DNA of 64,000 nt from Methanobacteriota archaeon (GCA_963719035.1 CAVRAO010000002.1:704001-768000), one strand, 5' to 3'; shown: positions 10,781 through 23,226, counted from the stretch's first letter. Notes: generated by a model from the letters alone, not told the origin. Program-made: numbers and translations.

Positions 10781-12050
10781 ATGAGCAACCTAGATACCAA
10801 TGTTGGGAAAACTCTCAACGATAGAACCTGCCGTTTCTGCGGCTCGGTATTGCATTATACATTTGTTGATCTGGGGACGTCCCCTCTGTGTGAAAGCTTT
10901 CTGAACGCCGATCAGCTTAATCAGATGGAACCGTTCTATCCGTTACATACATATGTATGTGAACGATGTTTCCTGGTTCAACTTGAGGAGTATGTTAGCC
11001 CAGAAGAAATCTTCACAGAGTATGCTTATTTCTCGTCTTATGCCAGTACGTTGGCTGCAACATGCCAAAAACTACACCGAATTAATGATAGATAGATTTC
11101 ACCTCAATCAACAATCCAATGTGGTGGAGGTCGCTAGCAATGATGGCTATCTGCTTCAATACTTTGTTGAAAAAAAAATTCCAGTCCTAGGAATTGAGCC
11201 AGCGGTCAATGTGGCTAAGGTAGCTATAGATAAGGGAATTCCAACACTGACTGAATTCTTTGGATCAGAATGTGCTAAAAGATTGGCGAAAGATACTGGT
11301 GGTGCTGATCTAATCATTGGAAACAATGTTCTTGCCCAGGTGCCAGATCTGAATGATTTTGTTGAGGGATTGAAAATTCTTCTTAAACCGTCCGGTGTTG
11401 TAACAATTGAATTTCCTCACCTATCTCGTTTAATCGAACAAAACCAGTTCGATACCATTTATCACGAGCATTTTTCTTATTTTAGCTTTTTCTCGGCCGA
11501 AAAGATATTCGCGGCGCATAGCCTGAAATTGTTCGATGTAGATGAGCTACCCACTCATGGTGGTTCCATTAGAATCTATGCATGCCATGATGGGGATGGC
11601 GCAATAACTGTCAGCGAGAGAGTCAAGCGATTGAAGGAGCGAGAAGATCGGGATGGAATTACTAAGCTCGAATACTATAAAAAATTCGCTGAACAGGTCA
11701 AAGAAACAAAGCGAAAATTGTTATTTTTCTTGATCAAGGCTAAGCGAGAAGGAAAGGTCATTGTCGGGTACGGGGCCCCTGGTAAAGGCAATACATTACT
11801 TAATTATTGTGGGATCCGCACGGATTTTATAGATTATCTTGTAGATCGGAATCCCTACAAGCACGGAAGGTATACACCAGGAACCCACATTCCTATATAT
11901 TCTCCTGATAGAATTACCGAAACTCGACCGGATTACGTGTTGATTTTGCCGTGGAATCTCAAAGATGAGATCATGGAGCAACTCTCGTATATACGAGAAT
12001 GGGGAGGACAATTCATTGTACCCATTCCAGAAGTTACGGTCTATTCTTAA
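10781..12050 (+). CDS. NDP-hexose C-methyltransferase (Zn-binding N-domain, class I SAM domain, C-domain), frameshift near 11050
   Basis: CRFCG...CERCFLVQL, VEVASNDGYLL, FDTIYHEHFSYF, THGGS, YGAPGKGNTLLNYCG, ILPWNLKDEI. Confidence 0.92.
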
Positions 12051-12157
12051 GAAAACAAAAGAGAAAGTCGAAAATTGGTGTTGGTCTGGCAATATGAACA
12101 AACAGGATTGATGCTAATATCATTCTTCCTACTACAATGAAGGGATAAACAAAGCAT

Positions 12158-12947
12158 ATGAAGGTGGTTCTATTTTGCGGGGGACTGGGAATGCGGCTCA
12201 GAGAATATTCTGCAACGATACCAAAGCCTATGGTTGAAATTGGATATCGGCCACTCATTTGGCATTTAATGCGGTACTATGCCCATTTTGGGCATCACGG
12301 ACTTTATTCTCTGCCTGGGTTACCGAGGGGATCTCATTAAAAAGTATTTTTTAAACTATGCTGAGTGGAAATCGAACGATTTCGTCCTATCAAATGGGGG
12401 ACAAAATATTTCCTTGTACAATAGCGATATCGACGATTGGACCATTTCTTTTATTGATACGGGTCTGCAGGCGAATATTGGAGAAAGACTAAAGGCCGTT
12501 GAGAAATACTTAGAAGGCGAAAGCGTCTTCATGGCCAACTATGCGGATGGACTGACAAATCTTTATTTGCCCGACTATATTGATCACTTTTATAAACACG
12601 ATAAGGTTGCTAGTTTTCTATGTGTTCAACCATCTCAATCATTCCATGTTGTTTCCGTGGACGATAATGATCTGGTTAAAAGTATCACCCCCGTTAGTCA
12701 ATCTAATTTATGGGTCAATGGGGGGTTCTTCATATTCAAGAAGAAGATATTTGATTATATTCGTGATGGTGAAGAATTGGTCCAAGAACCTTTTCAACGA
12801 TTAGCAGAGGAAAAAGAATTGATTGCCTATCGAAACAAGGGATTTTGGGCTTGTTTGGATACCTTCAAGGAAAAACAAGTGTTTGACGATTTAGATGACA
12901 AGGGTCAAACACCCTGGGTAGTTTGGGAAGAATTCAAAACAGGCTGA
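12158..12947 (+). CDS. rfbF: glucose-1-phosphate cytidylyltransferase-like protein, frameshift near 12295
   Basis: MKVVLFCGGLGMRLRE, PKPMVEIG, ILCLGYRG, NYADG, WVNGGFF, GFWACLDTFKEK. Confidence 0.88.
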
Positions 12948-12974
12948 CAATTAATTTGGTTTTGTATTTGAACT

Positions 12975-13646
12975 TTGACGAGCTGGGGTAAGGTGCTAGG
13001 TTTTAACTTAAGACACGAACCGAACAAGCCTTTTCAGGTTTTATGCCTAGGCGCACATAGTGACGATATAGAAATCGGATGCGGTGCAAGCATTCTCAGG
13101 CTCATAAAAGAGTTTCCAAATATACAGGTTCATTGGGTAGTATTCGGGTCATCAGGTATCAGGGCAGAAGAGGCTCTGAATAGTGCGAATGAGATCTTAA
13201 AAGACATACGGGGTAAGAACATTGTCATAATGGGATTTCGTGATGGTTTTTTCCCTTATATTGGAGGTGAGATCAAAGGATACTTCGAGAATTTAAAGAC
13301 TGAAGTGGACCCTGACATAATATTTACCCATTACGGACAGGATGCTCATCAAGACCATCGCTTTATATCCGAGCTGACATGGAATACTTTTCGTAATCAC
13401 TTGATCTTGGAATATGAGATTCCCAAATATGATGGGGATCTAGGTGCCCCCAATTTTTTTGTTCATTTGGATGAGGCGATTTGCCAGCGCAAAGTAGAGC
13501 ACTTGTTGTCCTATTTCAGGACTCAAACCAGCAGACATTGGTTTACGAAAGACACGTTCCTAGCACTATTAAGGTTACGAGGAATAGAATCAAATTCCCC
13601 TGGAAATTATGCAGAGGCATTTTACTGTCGAAAGGTGACTTGCTAG
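12975..13646 (+). CDS. PIG-L/LmbE family deacetylase
   Basis: GAHSDDIEIGCG and DAHQDH metal-binding motifs, EYEIPKYDGDLG, YAEAF. Confidence 0.9.
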   Translation: MTSWGKVLGFNLRHEPNKPFQVLCLGAHSDDIEIGCGASILRLIKEFPNIQVHWVVFGSSGIRAEEALNSANEILKDIRGKNIVIMGFRDGFFPYIGGEIKGYFENLKTEVDPDIIFTHYGQDAHQDHRFISELTWNTFRNHLILEYEIPKYDGDLGAPNFFVHLDEAICQRKVEHLLSYFRTQTSRHWFTKDTFLALLRLRGIESNSPGNYAEAFYCRKVTC

Positions 13647-14547
13647 GCAAATCTTCTTATTCTGGCTCAATTTTTTCCACTTTGTGCTGGTGTTTTCTTG
13701 GGGGTGATTATCGGGGCTATATAATTTGATAGGACGCCGTGGCCACTGATCTCAAATTGCTAAGGCTGCACAATTACATCATATTTAATTGAAAGTCCCC
13801 CTACAGAATCCACTTACTAATTGCTTGCAAATTTTTCTCTTTATCGTAAACCTATGTCATTTAGTCCTAAGAGCAATGCATGCTCACGAGGCTTCGTAGT
13901 ACATATTCAACAGTATCCATACTGGTCATGCTTTCCATATGTATTAGGCGATGATCGCAGTCCGCCCTCTCAAGGGCCCTCATTGCCTTCCTTAGGGTAC
14001 CTGCATTGAAGTTTATTACACCGATGTCTTTCAGTTGCAAACTCGGTTGAGGTATCCGTTCAGTGTCCGTTCGCCAGTCCCGATCCTTCGAGGTAAAACA
14101 GCAACGTCATTCACTCGCCTAACTGCTCTAATGCTTTATCAGCGCATCAAAAGCAGCGTCACGGCGACCAACAAGCCGCTTAAGTGATCCATTACACAAG
14201 AGCGGCGGGTTTCCCCCTTCCTTTTTTCTTTTCGCTCTTTAAGCCGTAGCGTTAATCAAAGCTCCTCGCGCTATTAATCACAGCAAATATATAAAGAACG
14301 CGTCATCGTAAGCAGCTTTTCAAACTGGCGGCGCCCTAATCCGAAATTTTTTCGTTCACGTCCTTTTAGTGACTACCATATGCATCGGTCAGAACGCATT
14401 CTCCAAGCCTGGCAGACCACAGCGATTAGAACAAGAGCTAGAGGAACAACCTTACACTTCAAACTGGTGAGGATAATTGAAAAAACACATATAATTCTGA
14501 AAAACATAGGTTAAAGCCGTTCCTACATGAACTAGGCTAGGTGCATA

Positions 14548-15633
14548 ATGGAAAGCGTAAAACGGCGAGTGATCTCCCTAGATGTTTTCCGAGGATTGAC
14601 TATCGCCGTAATGATCTTTGTAAACTATCTTGGCTTACTACCCAGAAACCCCCGCCATATTAAAACACGCCCCCTGGACCGGTCTGACCCTGGCTAATCT
14701 GGTATTTCCATTTCTCTTATTTATTGTAGGCGTGTCAATGTCATATTCTTTTGCTTCACGTTCCAAACAATCCTCCAGTAAACTTTGGGGGGCATTTTAT
14801 CTTCCGGGTGGTTGTTCTTTACCTCATAGGCATTGCCCTTGGTTTCGGCTTTTTTTTACGCGGGATCCCCGATTTTTCTTCTATCAGGATCCCGGGAGCA
14901 CTACAGTTAATAGCATTATCTTCGCTTTTCGCTGCCCCCCTGGCTCGTTCAAAAACCAGATGGGTTCTAGTGGCCGCTTCATTACTTCTGGTTTTTCAGA
15001 GCGTTATTCTGCTCAGAGTAGGCGCTCCAGGAGTGCCACTCGGTTCACTGGACGTCAACAACAACATTACCGGATGGGTCAATTTCCAGGGTATTCGGTT
15101 CTTCCCACCTTCTCTATCACAACTTCGATACAGAAGGACTGATTGCCGTAATAAACGGAACAGCTATAATGATGTTAGGTCTGGCCTGTGGTAGAACCTT
15201 GAGGCTAACGAAGCATGACTGGGATTCAGTGAAGTATCTAATTGTCGGAGGGACGATTGCTCTTGCTTTAGGTCTAATTATCACCCCCTCACTACCTTTA
15301 ATTAAACAGCTGTATACTGCCAGCTACATACTGGTTAATGCCCGGTTTAGGGGCCATAAATACTGGCCATACTATATGGCTACAGTAGATTTGCTGGAGC
15401 GAGGAAGGATACTTAAATTGGCAGTTCCATTTGGTCGTAACTCACTTTTTATTTACATCGTCTCCCAGGTTCTGGGTCCTATACTTTTCATGAACAGATT
15501 TAACCTTCGTCAAATTATTATCAATAGTTTAGGTTTAGATATAGGTGCATTAGCCTATGGACTAATTTTAGTGGTTTTTTTGTGGGTGGTGGCCTATCTT
15601 CTGTATCTGAGACATATCTACATTAAATTGTGA
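14548..15633 (+). CDS. HGSNAT/NagX-like (DUF5009/DUF1624) membrane acyltransferase, several frameshifts
   Basis: ATG 14548 gives MESVKRRVISLDVFRGLTIAVMIFVN, then LKHAPWTGLTLANLVFPFLLFIVGVSM, IRIPGALQ, PLIKQLYTASY, FGRNSLFIYIVS. Confidence 0.82.
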
Positions 15634-15925
15634 GCACACTTAAGAATAGAAAAACAATTCTAGGAAGACGTTTAATTGTCTTAACTCGTTGATCTGCGAT
15701 TCAAGCCCCACATCAGAAACTCAGTTATGTTAAAGTTACTTGCACTGCAGGCTTTGAAGTCACATCAGACGCCTTAGGACCCGTTTTTCATTAACGCTCT
15801 ACTGCCGTTGGCTTTAGGAACCCCCGCGGGTGCGCCCTTTTTTCAGCGTTCTTGCCAGACGTCTGTCCTACTTAAGCGTTTTATTTTTTAGCCCTCGCCC
15901 TATTTTTTAAATCTGACGATTTCAC

Positions 15926-16250
15926 TTGCAGAGTCAACTATTATCCGTTAACAAGGTCGTCTATCCGCCGCAATTAAAAACGCTTCGGCACGCTTCAGCA
16001 ATGGGAAAACTACGACAGTTAGAGGCCACTAAAAATTCTGTGGTCACTGGTCTGCAACATGAGAATGAATTTTTACAGAAGGTCACTAATCTGGAAACGT
16101 TGCTGCAGGCGGAAAAGGGTCTTAACTCTGAATTGCGTCGCGACAAAGAATCAATTCAAAAGCAACTCGAACTTGTGACTCTGCGATTGCCAGCTCTTAA
16201 AGTTGGTTTCTGAGATGACTCTTTGGCGGTCGAAAAAAGAAGGCGATTAA
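15926..16250 (+). pseudogene. remnant of a coiled-coil protein with LRLPA.KVGF(W)..LFGG.KK tail
   Basis: Heptad-like LETLLQAEKGLNSELRRDKESIQKQLELVTLRLPALKVGF, then TGA at the expected Trp and a frameshifted LFGGRKKK. No N-terminus. Confidence 0.45.
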
Positions 16251-16536
16251 TTATTAGCTAAGAGATTGGGTATGAAATATTAATACGACGGCAGTTTATC
16301 TGAAGTTCAATGACCGAGACCTGCAGGATGTTTATGCTAACACTCTTCAGCTGCAGTGTTTTTTGCTCAACCCAGCTGAATATGGCTGGGGAAATACAGT
16401 CTACATGGCCGCAGCGGGAGTCAGCAGTTATTTGCTGAGAGGAAGCACTCTGCGAAAGATCCGGTAATCACCCTAGCCCTCCCCAAACAGAGGTCAAGAA
16501 AGGCGCTTATCAAGAGAAGCTACGCCAGTTTGCTTA

Positions 16537-17330
16537 CTATGCGTCTTCGGATAACTCTAACGGACTTGCAAGATGAAATACATGCTCACTGAATAACGCC
16601 CACAACGCCAAAAGAAATGTCAGTGGGTTTCCACCGTCCGTTTTAAACGCTTTTAGCATATAGGTTCGACAGCAGTTAAGATCACCCACATCTGCAGACG
16701 CTAGTGCGATATTCCTAAAAAGTGTAGCCAAGCCGTTTTTACCGATAACTCGCAGGATCTCGTTTTGGTTCTTTTCAACGATGTATTGATATGCGTGGAC
16801 TTTAGCCAACATATTTGTGGTGCTTATAATACTCCTGGCCAGGCCAAAGTAATAATCTACTCTGACCTTGCGAACAAATACAGGCTCGAAAACGGAGGTT
16901 ATCCTCAAGGTACACTCCCAATCAATAAGGACCCTCATTGATTCGTCGTGATAGCCCACTATAGTAGCGCATTTTTTAGAGTGCACGAAAGCGTTGATAT
17001 CTGTGTAGTTTTCGTCGACAAGATTTCTAAAATTGGACCCCCCCATCCAACCCTCAAATCGGAGGGACCTAGTACTGGATCCTTAACAAAAAGTTGGACC
17101 TGTAATAAGCTGCTTCCCTAAGGGACTCACTTTCGCTGAGCGCAGACCACATTGTAGAAAGATACTCTGGATACCAATCACGTCTGAATCCAAGTAAGCG
17201 ATAAAATCCCCTTTAGCTTGTTTAGCGCGAAATTTCGAGCGCTGCCGGCTCCAGAATGGGCTATTTCTTGTAATGACCACGACAGAAGTCAAAAAAGCGC
17301 TATCAAACGAGAACAAGTTCCGACGTTAAC
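16537..17330 (-). pseudogene. degraded GT2 glycosyltransferase with TPR-like C-terminus
   Basis: AKGDFIAYLDSDV (GT2 DxD context); fragments with YHDESMRVLIDWECTLRI; multiple stops and shifts. Confidence 0.55.
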
Positions 17331-17629
17331 GCTGGCAACCCGCAGTTAACATTAAAGCATCTGATCCGTGTGCCCAGACCTTACTGATTCTTGTTAACGG
17401 TGAAACTGTTTTCCGTTCGTCGAATGCCTTATGGATGTGCTGGATGACAGTGAGCAGCAGTCCAAGTTTCAAACGTTTTTCATTATGCATCCTCTAGGCC
17501 TTTTTGGTGGCGATTCACTCGCATTGACTCGCGAATGAATTATAGGGACTTTATTTGACCGTTGTCAACGGCCTGGTCGCTAGGTTCAATATTATTTTGT
17601 CGGAGAGCTTTTTGATAAATACTATCGAA

Positions 17630-18320
17630 CTAGTTATGATTATGTTCTCGAAGTTTGATCTCCTGTTGGTTTTGCTTTTAACATTCCTCTGGTAACATCT
17701 TCCGCCGCCTGCTCATCTACAAGCTCTTAATAAATCCCACCATTCCATAACAATGGCTACGAATTCCCAATGTCAGACCAGTTTTCCCGTCGCCTTTGAA
17801 AAAAACTGCCAAAGCTGGAAAACCTTTAGACTTTTGCTAGCGATCATTCAAGATTGAGACGCTTACCATCAGGCCAATCGTTCCAGTAACTGGTGCCCCA
17901 ATCTTCAATAACATAAAGTCCATTTGGCTTAAGATGGTTGTCAAACAGATGCCAAAACGCAGTTTTTGTTCAATCGCCTATGTGCGAAGCATCATCCGAT
18001 AATGATGTCAAATCCTTCGGGTGCAACAGTATTTGCAACCTGCGAGAGGAACTGGGAGATCGGCTTGGTTCCCCTCAAAAATGTGAATGCGTTCGCCAGG
18101 ATTGAAGCCATCTGGAAGTTTAACATCAATACCGGCGATAGTTCCGAATGGAAAATAGTCCCGCCATAGTAAGAGCGACTCCCCTTCCTAAAACACCGAG
18201 TTCGAGAGGAGCAATTTTTTTTTGGACGTATGGTTCAAATATTGGATGTATTTTCTTAAGATAGATTGTTAATTATCTTGTCTGAATCTAGTCATCTAAA
18301 GACAATTCCAAGCTTCCCAT
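17630..18320 (-). pseudogene. degraded class I SAM-dependent sugar O-methyltransferase (MycE/TylE-like motif)
   Basis: Manual minus-strand reading gives LELGV..G.SLLLWRDYFPFGTIAGIDV...IFEGNQAD...FDIII/DDASHIGD*TK...LKPNGLYVIEDWGTSYW, with several indels and in-frame stops. Not captured by the ORF track. Confidence 0.75.
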
Positions 18321-18899
18321 GTTCGTTCACTCCTCTTTTTTCTTTGACGGTTGTTAATAATCTGCAATGTCAGTGCAGCTTAAGCTCTTTTACGCTCGCT
18401 GTCTGTCCAAAGTTGCTGCAACGCTTTTAAACGAGGAAAACAGATGACTCGCGTCAGAGAAATCCCTATCAGGGCGCTAGCTATCATATGAACTATCTAA
18501 AGCGTCGGTTTTTGGCGCTCTTCTAAAAAAGAAGAATTATAACATATGATGTTTGGTTTACCATTCTTCTTTCTATATTTTATATGGTAAAGGCGGGCCC
18601 GTATCCATGCGTTCAAGATGACGGCGTTTCCGGTAGGCATACTTCAGTGTCGCGAGTCACGCCGTTCTCTCTCCGTCCGAAAAAACCATTAAACGTGAAC
18701 TGTAAGTTGTCCGCTTCGTCCAACTTTTTTAGCCTTCTATTTATCGTTGCGTTCTTATATCAAAGCGACATCACTCTGTTCCGGCGTTTTCCCAGTCACT
18801 GCTCCTCAAGATCAAGTTTCTAACCTCGTAGTTTTCGAACTCAAAACATTTCAAAGCTTGGAAGAATGATTACTACATCCCATGCGCTTGGACGCTAAG

Positions 18900-20032
18900 C
18901 TATTCTAGATTCGATGCTGATGATAATCGTAGCTTTGCTAAGCCACGAGTTCTGCCTCGCAATTTGTCTCCTTGACTCTTGCCAGGCTTTTGCGTCGTAT
19001 TCAAAAACTCGCTTATAGCGTCAACAAATTCGTCCTGCGTTTCTGCTACTCTCAAGAGATGACCGCCGTCAAATTTCTTCAATTCCCGTATACCAGTTGC
19101 GACCACCGGTTTGCCCAGCGAGAAATAATCGTACAGCTTTACAGGGTCACTCGAATCAGCAATTCTGCTGGGTTTAAACGGGATGAGCGCTACATCGAAG
19201 AGTTGGACATACGCTGGCAACTGCTTGTAATCTTTCGTCCCTAATATGAAGACGTTTTCAGGCATTTGGCGTACTCGAAGCTGACTTTGCCGGTCAAGTA
19301 GCCCGATCAGCAGGAAGTCGACTTCGGTGAGTCCTTGTGCGGCGGCGCACAAGAGATCCATGTCTACCCGGCGGTAGGTCCCCATGTAACCTACCCTTTT
19401 TTTTCCGTTCTCGTGTAGTCGGTAATCTGGTACGAGTTCTTGTTCATCTCAAAAAATTCGGCGTCTGTACCGTTTGACACTGTTATGACGTCTTCTTCGT
19501 CCGCAATTGATAGGGCATCTTCTCTCAAGTTTTGAGCCGTTACAAATATGATATCGCTCTTCCTGATGAGATTCTTGTGCTGCTGTTGCACCGGATAAAA
19601 GTGAACAACGATCTGCTCAATAGGATCCAAGTAATCATAACAAAGAAGATCGAAATCATCCTTTGACACAAAAGGCTCCCAGAACGGAGAGGCCACGATT
19701 GCGACCTTCGTCTGAGTTTTCTCGCACAGTTGATTTAACGTCCTTCGAACGGCCGACCCCCGAAAAAAGCGTGGGTTGCCCAGCCACGTCAGAACAAACG
19801 CATCTTCCGCATTCCTGTTACGCTTTTTCAGCAGCAGAGTTTCCAGAGACTGTTTGAGATGGTGGGATTGTCGTGCCACGAAACGGACAACCGCCGGCAG
19901 CTCCACGTAATAGAACTCATACGAGTCCCCAAAATTCGATCGCCATTCCCGGACGAGTTGCTGAGGGCGCTGATACAAGGGGAAGTTATACTCGATAGAT
20001 GAGAAATAAAAAACCGCCGTTTTGTCGTTCAT
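18900..20032 (-). CDS. GT4/TuaH-like glycosyltransferase, frameshifted
   Basis: QRPQQL, YDYLD, VSNGTDAEFF, LPAYVQLFDVALIPF, DPVKLYDYFSLGKPVVAT. Confidence 0.85.
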
Positions 20033-20700
20033 TTCTCAAGGTCTCCTATACGACCGATTCCCTGAGGGTTGTCTTGCATTGCTGCTGATTCCCAACTCAC
20101 CGGAAACTAAGCACCTTCGTTCGCTGTCTTGTACATGACAAACCACTCGCGCACATTTCTTCAAGCTCGCGCCGTCGGCTTTTTGTAGGACGAGTGTTTG
20201 CTTTATTGATTGAGCAAGAACTGGTTGGTGCTAGCGCAATTGTCGTTAAGTTCTTTCTATCCTTAAAGCTTCCATTCAACCGTCGAGGACCGTATCTGTT
20301 TCAATAGCAAATCCCACTAGTGCTGAAAGGTGCTGCATCACTGTCGTGCGCTCGTTTGATCGAACGGCACTGGCACAATAAGGCGGCATAGGTCGTCTTA
20401 GGCTGCGTCTCGGCGTGCATCTTGGCGCTGCGCATTCGCCCCTGTTAAGACGCGGACGGCGAGAGTGGCTCCGCTAATCGCCAGCGACTGTTATGGATAG
20501 AAGGTCGTGATTCGTAGCTTTGGTGAACGAGATATCGACATATGCGCTAAATGAAAAAGCATATATTTCCTCACGGGTCTTTTCGCACTAGTGCTTATCG
20601 TATGTTTGGACAGTGCTAATCGCACCCTAATGACGGAGAGAAGCTGCTACAATGCAGCATAGGCTATGCCAGAAGAACTTTCGGAGCAATAAAGAGAAAC

Positions 20701-21613
20701 ATGAAGACGTGTCCAAAGGTTATCGCGATCGTCTTAAACTGGAACGGTAAGGAAGACACAGTAAACTGTCTCGGCTCCCTCTCTTCAATTGTTTACCCCA
20801 ATTATGAGATAATAGTTGTCGACAATTATTCAACGGATGGATCAATCGAGTGCTTGGAAGAGATGTATCCTAGCATTGAAATAATCCGAAACAGCAAAAA
20901 CTTGGGATTCGCTGAGGGAAACAATGTCGGAATGCGCCGCGCCTTAGCAGGCGGGGCCGACTATGTCTTACTCCTAAATAACGACACCATAGTGGACAGA
21001 TACTTTCTCGATCGTCTCGTAGCGGCAGCAGAGGGGGATCAAACTATCGGATTTGCGGGGCCTAAGGTATACTATCTCGACCACGAAGACGGCGGGCACG
21101 TAATCAGTTTTGCAGGAGGGGCCCTCAACATGTGGATTGGCCGGTCTCGTCACCGCGGCTTGGATGAGCTTGATTCGGGTCAGTACCGATGACATCACCG
21201 AAGTGGATTATGTAGAAGGATCGTGCGTGCTGGCAAAAAAGGGAGCGCTCGACCACATCGGGTTGCTCGATCCTGCGTACTTCTCCTACTGGGAAGACAT
21301 GGACTGGTGTACGAGAGGATGGAAAGCGGGATACAAGTCAATTTATGTGCCGACCGCCAAAATCTGGCACAAGCCATCCTCATCAAACGTTTCTGGATAT
21401 AAGACCTACTACGGAACAAGAAATCGACTCTGGTTTGTGAGAAAAGGAGGAAATGAACTCCAATTTTTGACCTTCTTCTTCTATTTTTTTGTGATTGATG
21501 CGCCGTTTGAAGTGCTGCGGTTAGCGCTATGGCACAAGGACTGGAAGGCTCTGAAGCTATTTGTTGCAGGCACACGAGAAGGGCTGAAAAAGCCGCCGCT
21601 CATGCACGGCTAG
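20701..21613 (+). CDS. GT2 glycosyltransferase (WbbL-like), frameshift near 21190
   Basis: VLNWNG, VVDNYSTDGS, NLGFAEGNNVG, LLLNNDT, GLLDPAYFSYWEDMDWC. Confidence 0.9.
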
Positions 21614-22121
21614 GCGCCTCGACCGAGTGGGACGATAGAATTTACGAACAGGAGCCTCGACGACCTCGTCGCAATGGTTGAGCAGGTTCTGCACGACCTC
21701 CCGTAGCACAAGACACAGCTCGCCTAGCTTAGCAAAAAGGCCGTTCTAGACAACGCGAACGCCCATGCGGCACTCATAGAGAGCCACGTATTTATAGAAC
21801 GACAAACACAGATGGCCCCATACCATAGCTGTACGCGAGCTCCATAGCAAAATCGCGCCGAATGCGACGCTGTCTGCAAGCCTGAACAAAGTTGTCCGCG
21901 GAAAGTGGGTCGTGGAGACCAGTACGCGAATTCACGGCACTCGACGAGGCGCCGCAGAACGATCGCGAGTTCGTGCAAACAAAGCCGAAAGCATACAATC
22001 ACGACTGCAGATCCGCTTCTTGTTGATTAACCTGCTTAAGAAACGTTTTGGAACGCCGGTACGGGCGATCGAGAGTGTTACACTTGGTACGCACCGTGCG
22101 GCTGCGCCTTGTCAGAGAGCC

Positions 22122-23226
22122 ATGAGGGTGACACTAATAACGCTGATGGATGAAGGTGGGATGGTGCATTACACATCCCAACTGTCAAATCATTTGACGC
22201 AGATGGTGGACGTTACGGTAATAGTTCCCGAAGGATGTGACTTGGCTTACTTTAGCGAAAAAGTGTGCGTCAGAACAGTGAAAACCCCCCCACAAGGGGG
22301 GTGGCTAAACAAAAACAACTTACAAGTCTGGAGGTTGTTCTGCGCCATTTCCGAAACAGAACCGGACGTCGTCCACCTCTCCGGCAGCCATCCGTGGATA
22401 TTCCCGCTATATCTCTTTTTGAAAGTGAAACGATACCCGGTCGTGGCGACGGTGCACGACGTGAAAATGCACCTCGGCGAAGCAACGCTAGTGGCGCGTT
22501 TAACGAATTACGTTTACATAAGAAGCGCTGATCACGTTTTTGTCCACGGTGTGAAACTCAGGAACGAACTAGTGAACGCGGGGATTGACGATGGGAAGGT
22601 TTCAAGCATCCCGCTCGGCGGTCTTCTTTCTTCGACGCGAGCAAATGCCGGCGTTGAAGAGGACGGAGTGATATTGTTTTTTGGGAGAATTTTTCCGTAC
22701 AAAGGGCTGGAGTATCTTCTAGATGCCATGCCATTGATCTTGAAAGAGCTTCCGTACGCGCAGCTCATCATTGCGGGCAGCGGGGATCTTGCTGAACTAC
22801 AGCAGCCAATCCAACGCTCGCTCTAACACTACTGTGCTGAACGAGTTCATCCCGGATGACCAGGTCGCTGAGCTCTTCGAACGAGCCGCGGTCGTTGTGC
22901 TGCCTTACGTAGAGGGCTCACAAACAGGGGTCGTCCCAATCGCTTATTCTTTCAAGAAACCCGTCGTTGTCACGAACGTCGGCAGCTTTGACGAGGTGGT
23001 GGAGGACGGTAAGACTGGTTTCATTGTTCCGCCAAGGGACCCAGCTGCCATTGCTGATGCCGTGGCAAAGATACTCAAAGACCGCCGGCGGCGGCTGCAA
23101 ATGGGCGAAAACGCTTACAGAAAGATGAATGAGGACCTTTCCTGGGATACGGTAGTGAGAGAGACCGTACGCGTTTATACCCAGATGACGCGCGGGGCGA
23201 AAATCTCGAACAGAATATGCAAATAA
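22122..23226 (+). CDS. GT4 glycosyltransferase, frameshift near 22810
   Basis: ILFFGRIFPYKGLEYLL, VVLPYVEGSQTGV, KPVVVTNVG, GFIVPPRDP. Confidence 0.9.

Noticed and set aside
13700-14500. IS element, integrase or ncRNA in this long intergenic gap (also 4100-4800, 20050-20690, 60450-60890)
   Set aside because: No transposase or integrase motifs, terminal inverted repeats or recognisable RNA structure could be supported by eye; at most unidentifiable decayed coding sequence.
21912-22121. N-terminal extension of the GT4
   Set aside because: The GT-B fold start (MRVTLITL) is at 22122 and the upstream residues look non-coding.
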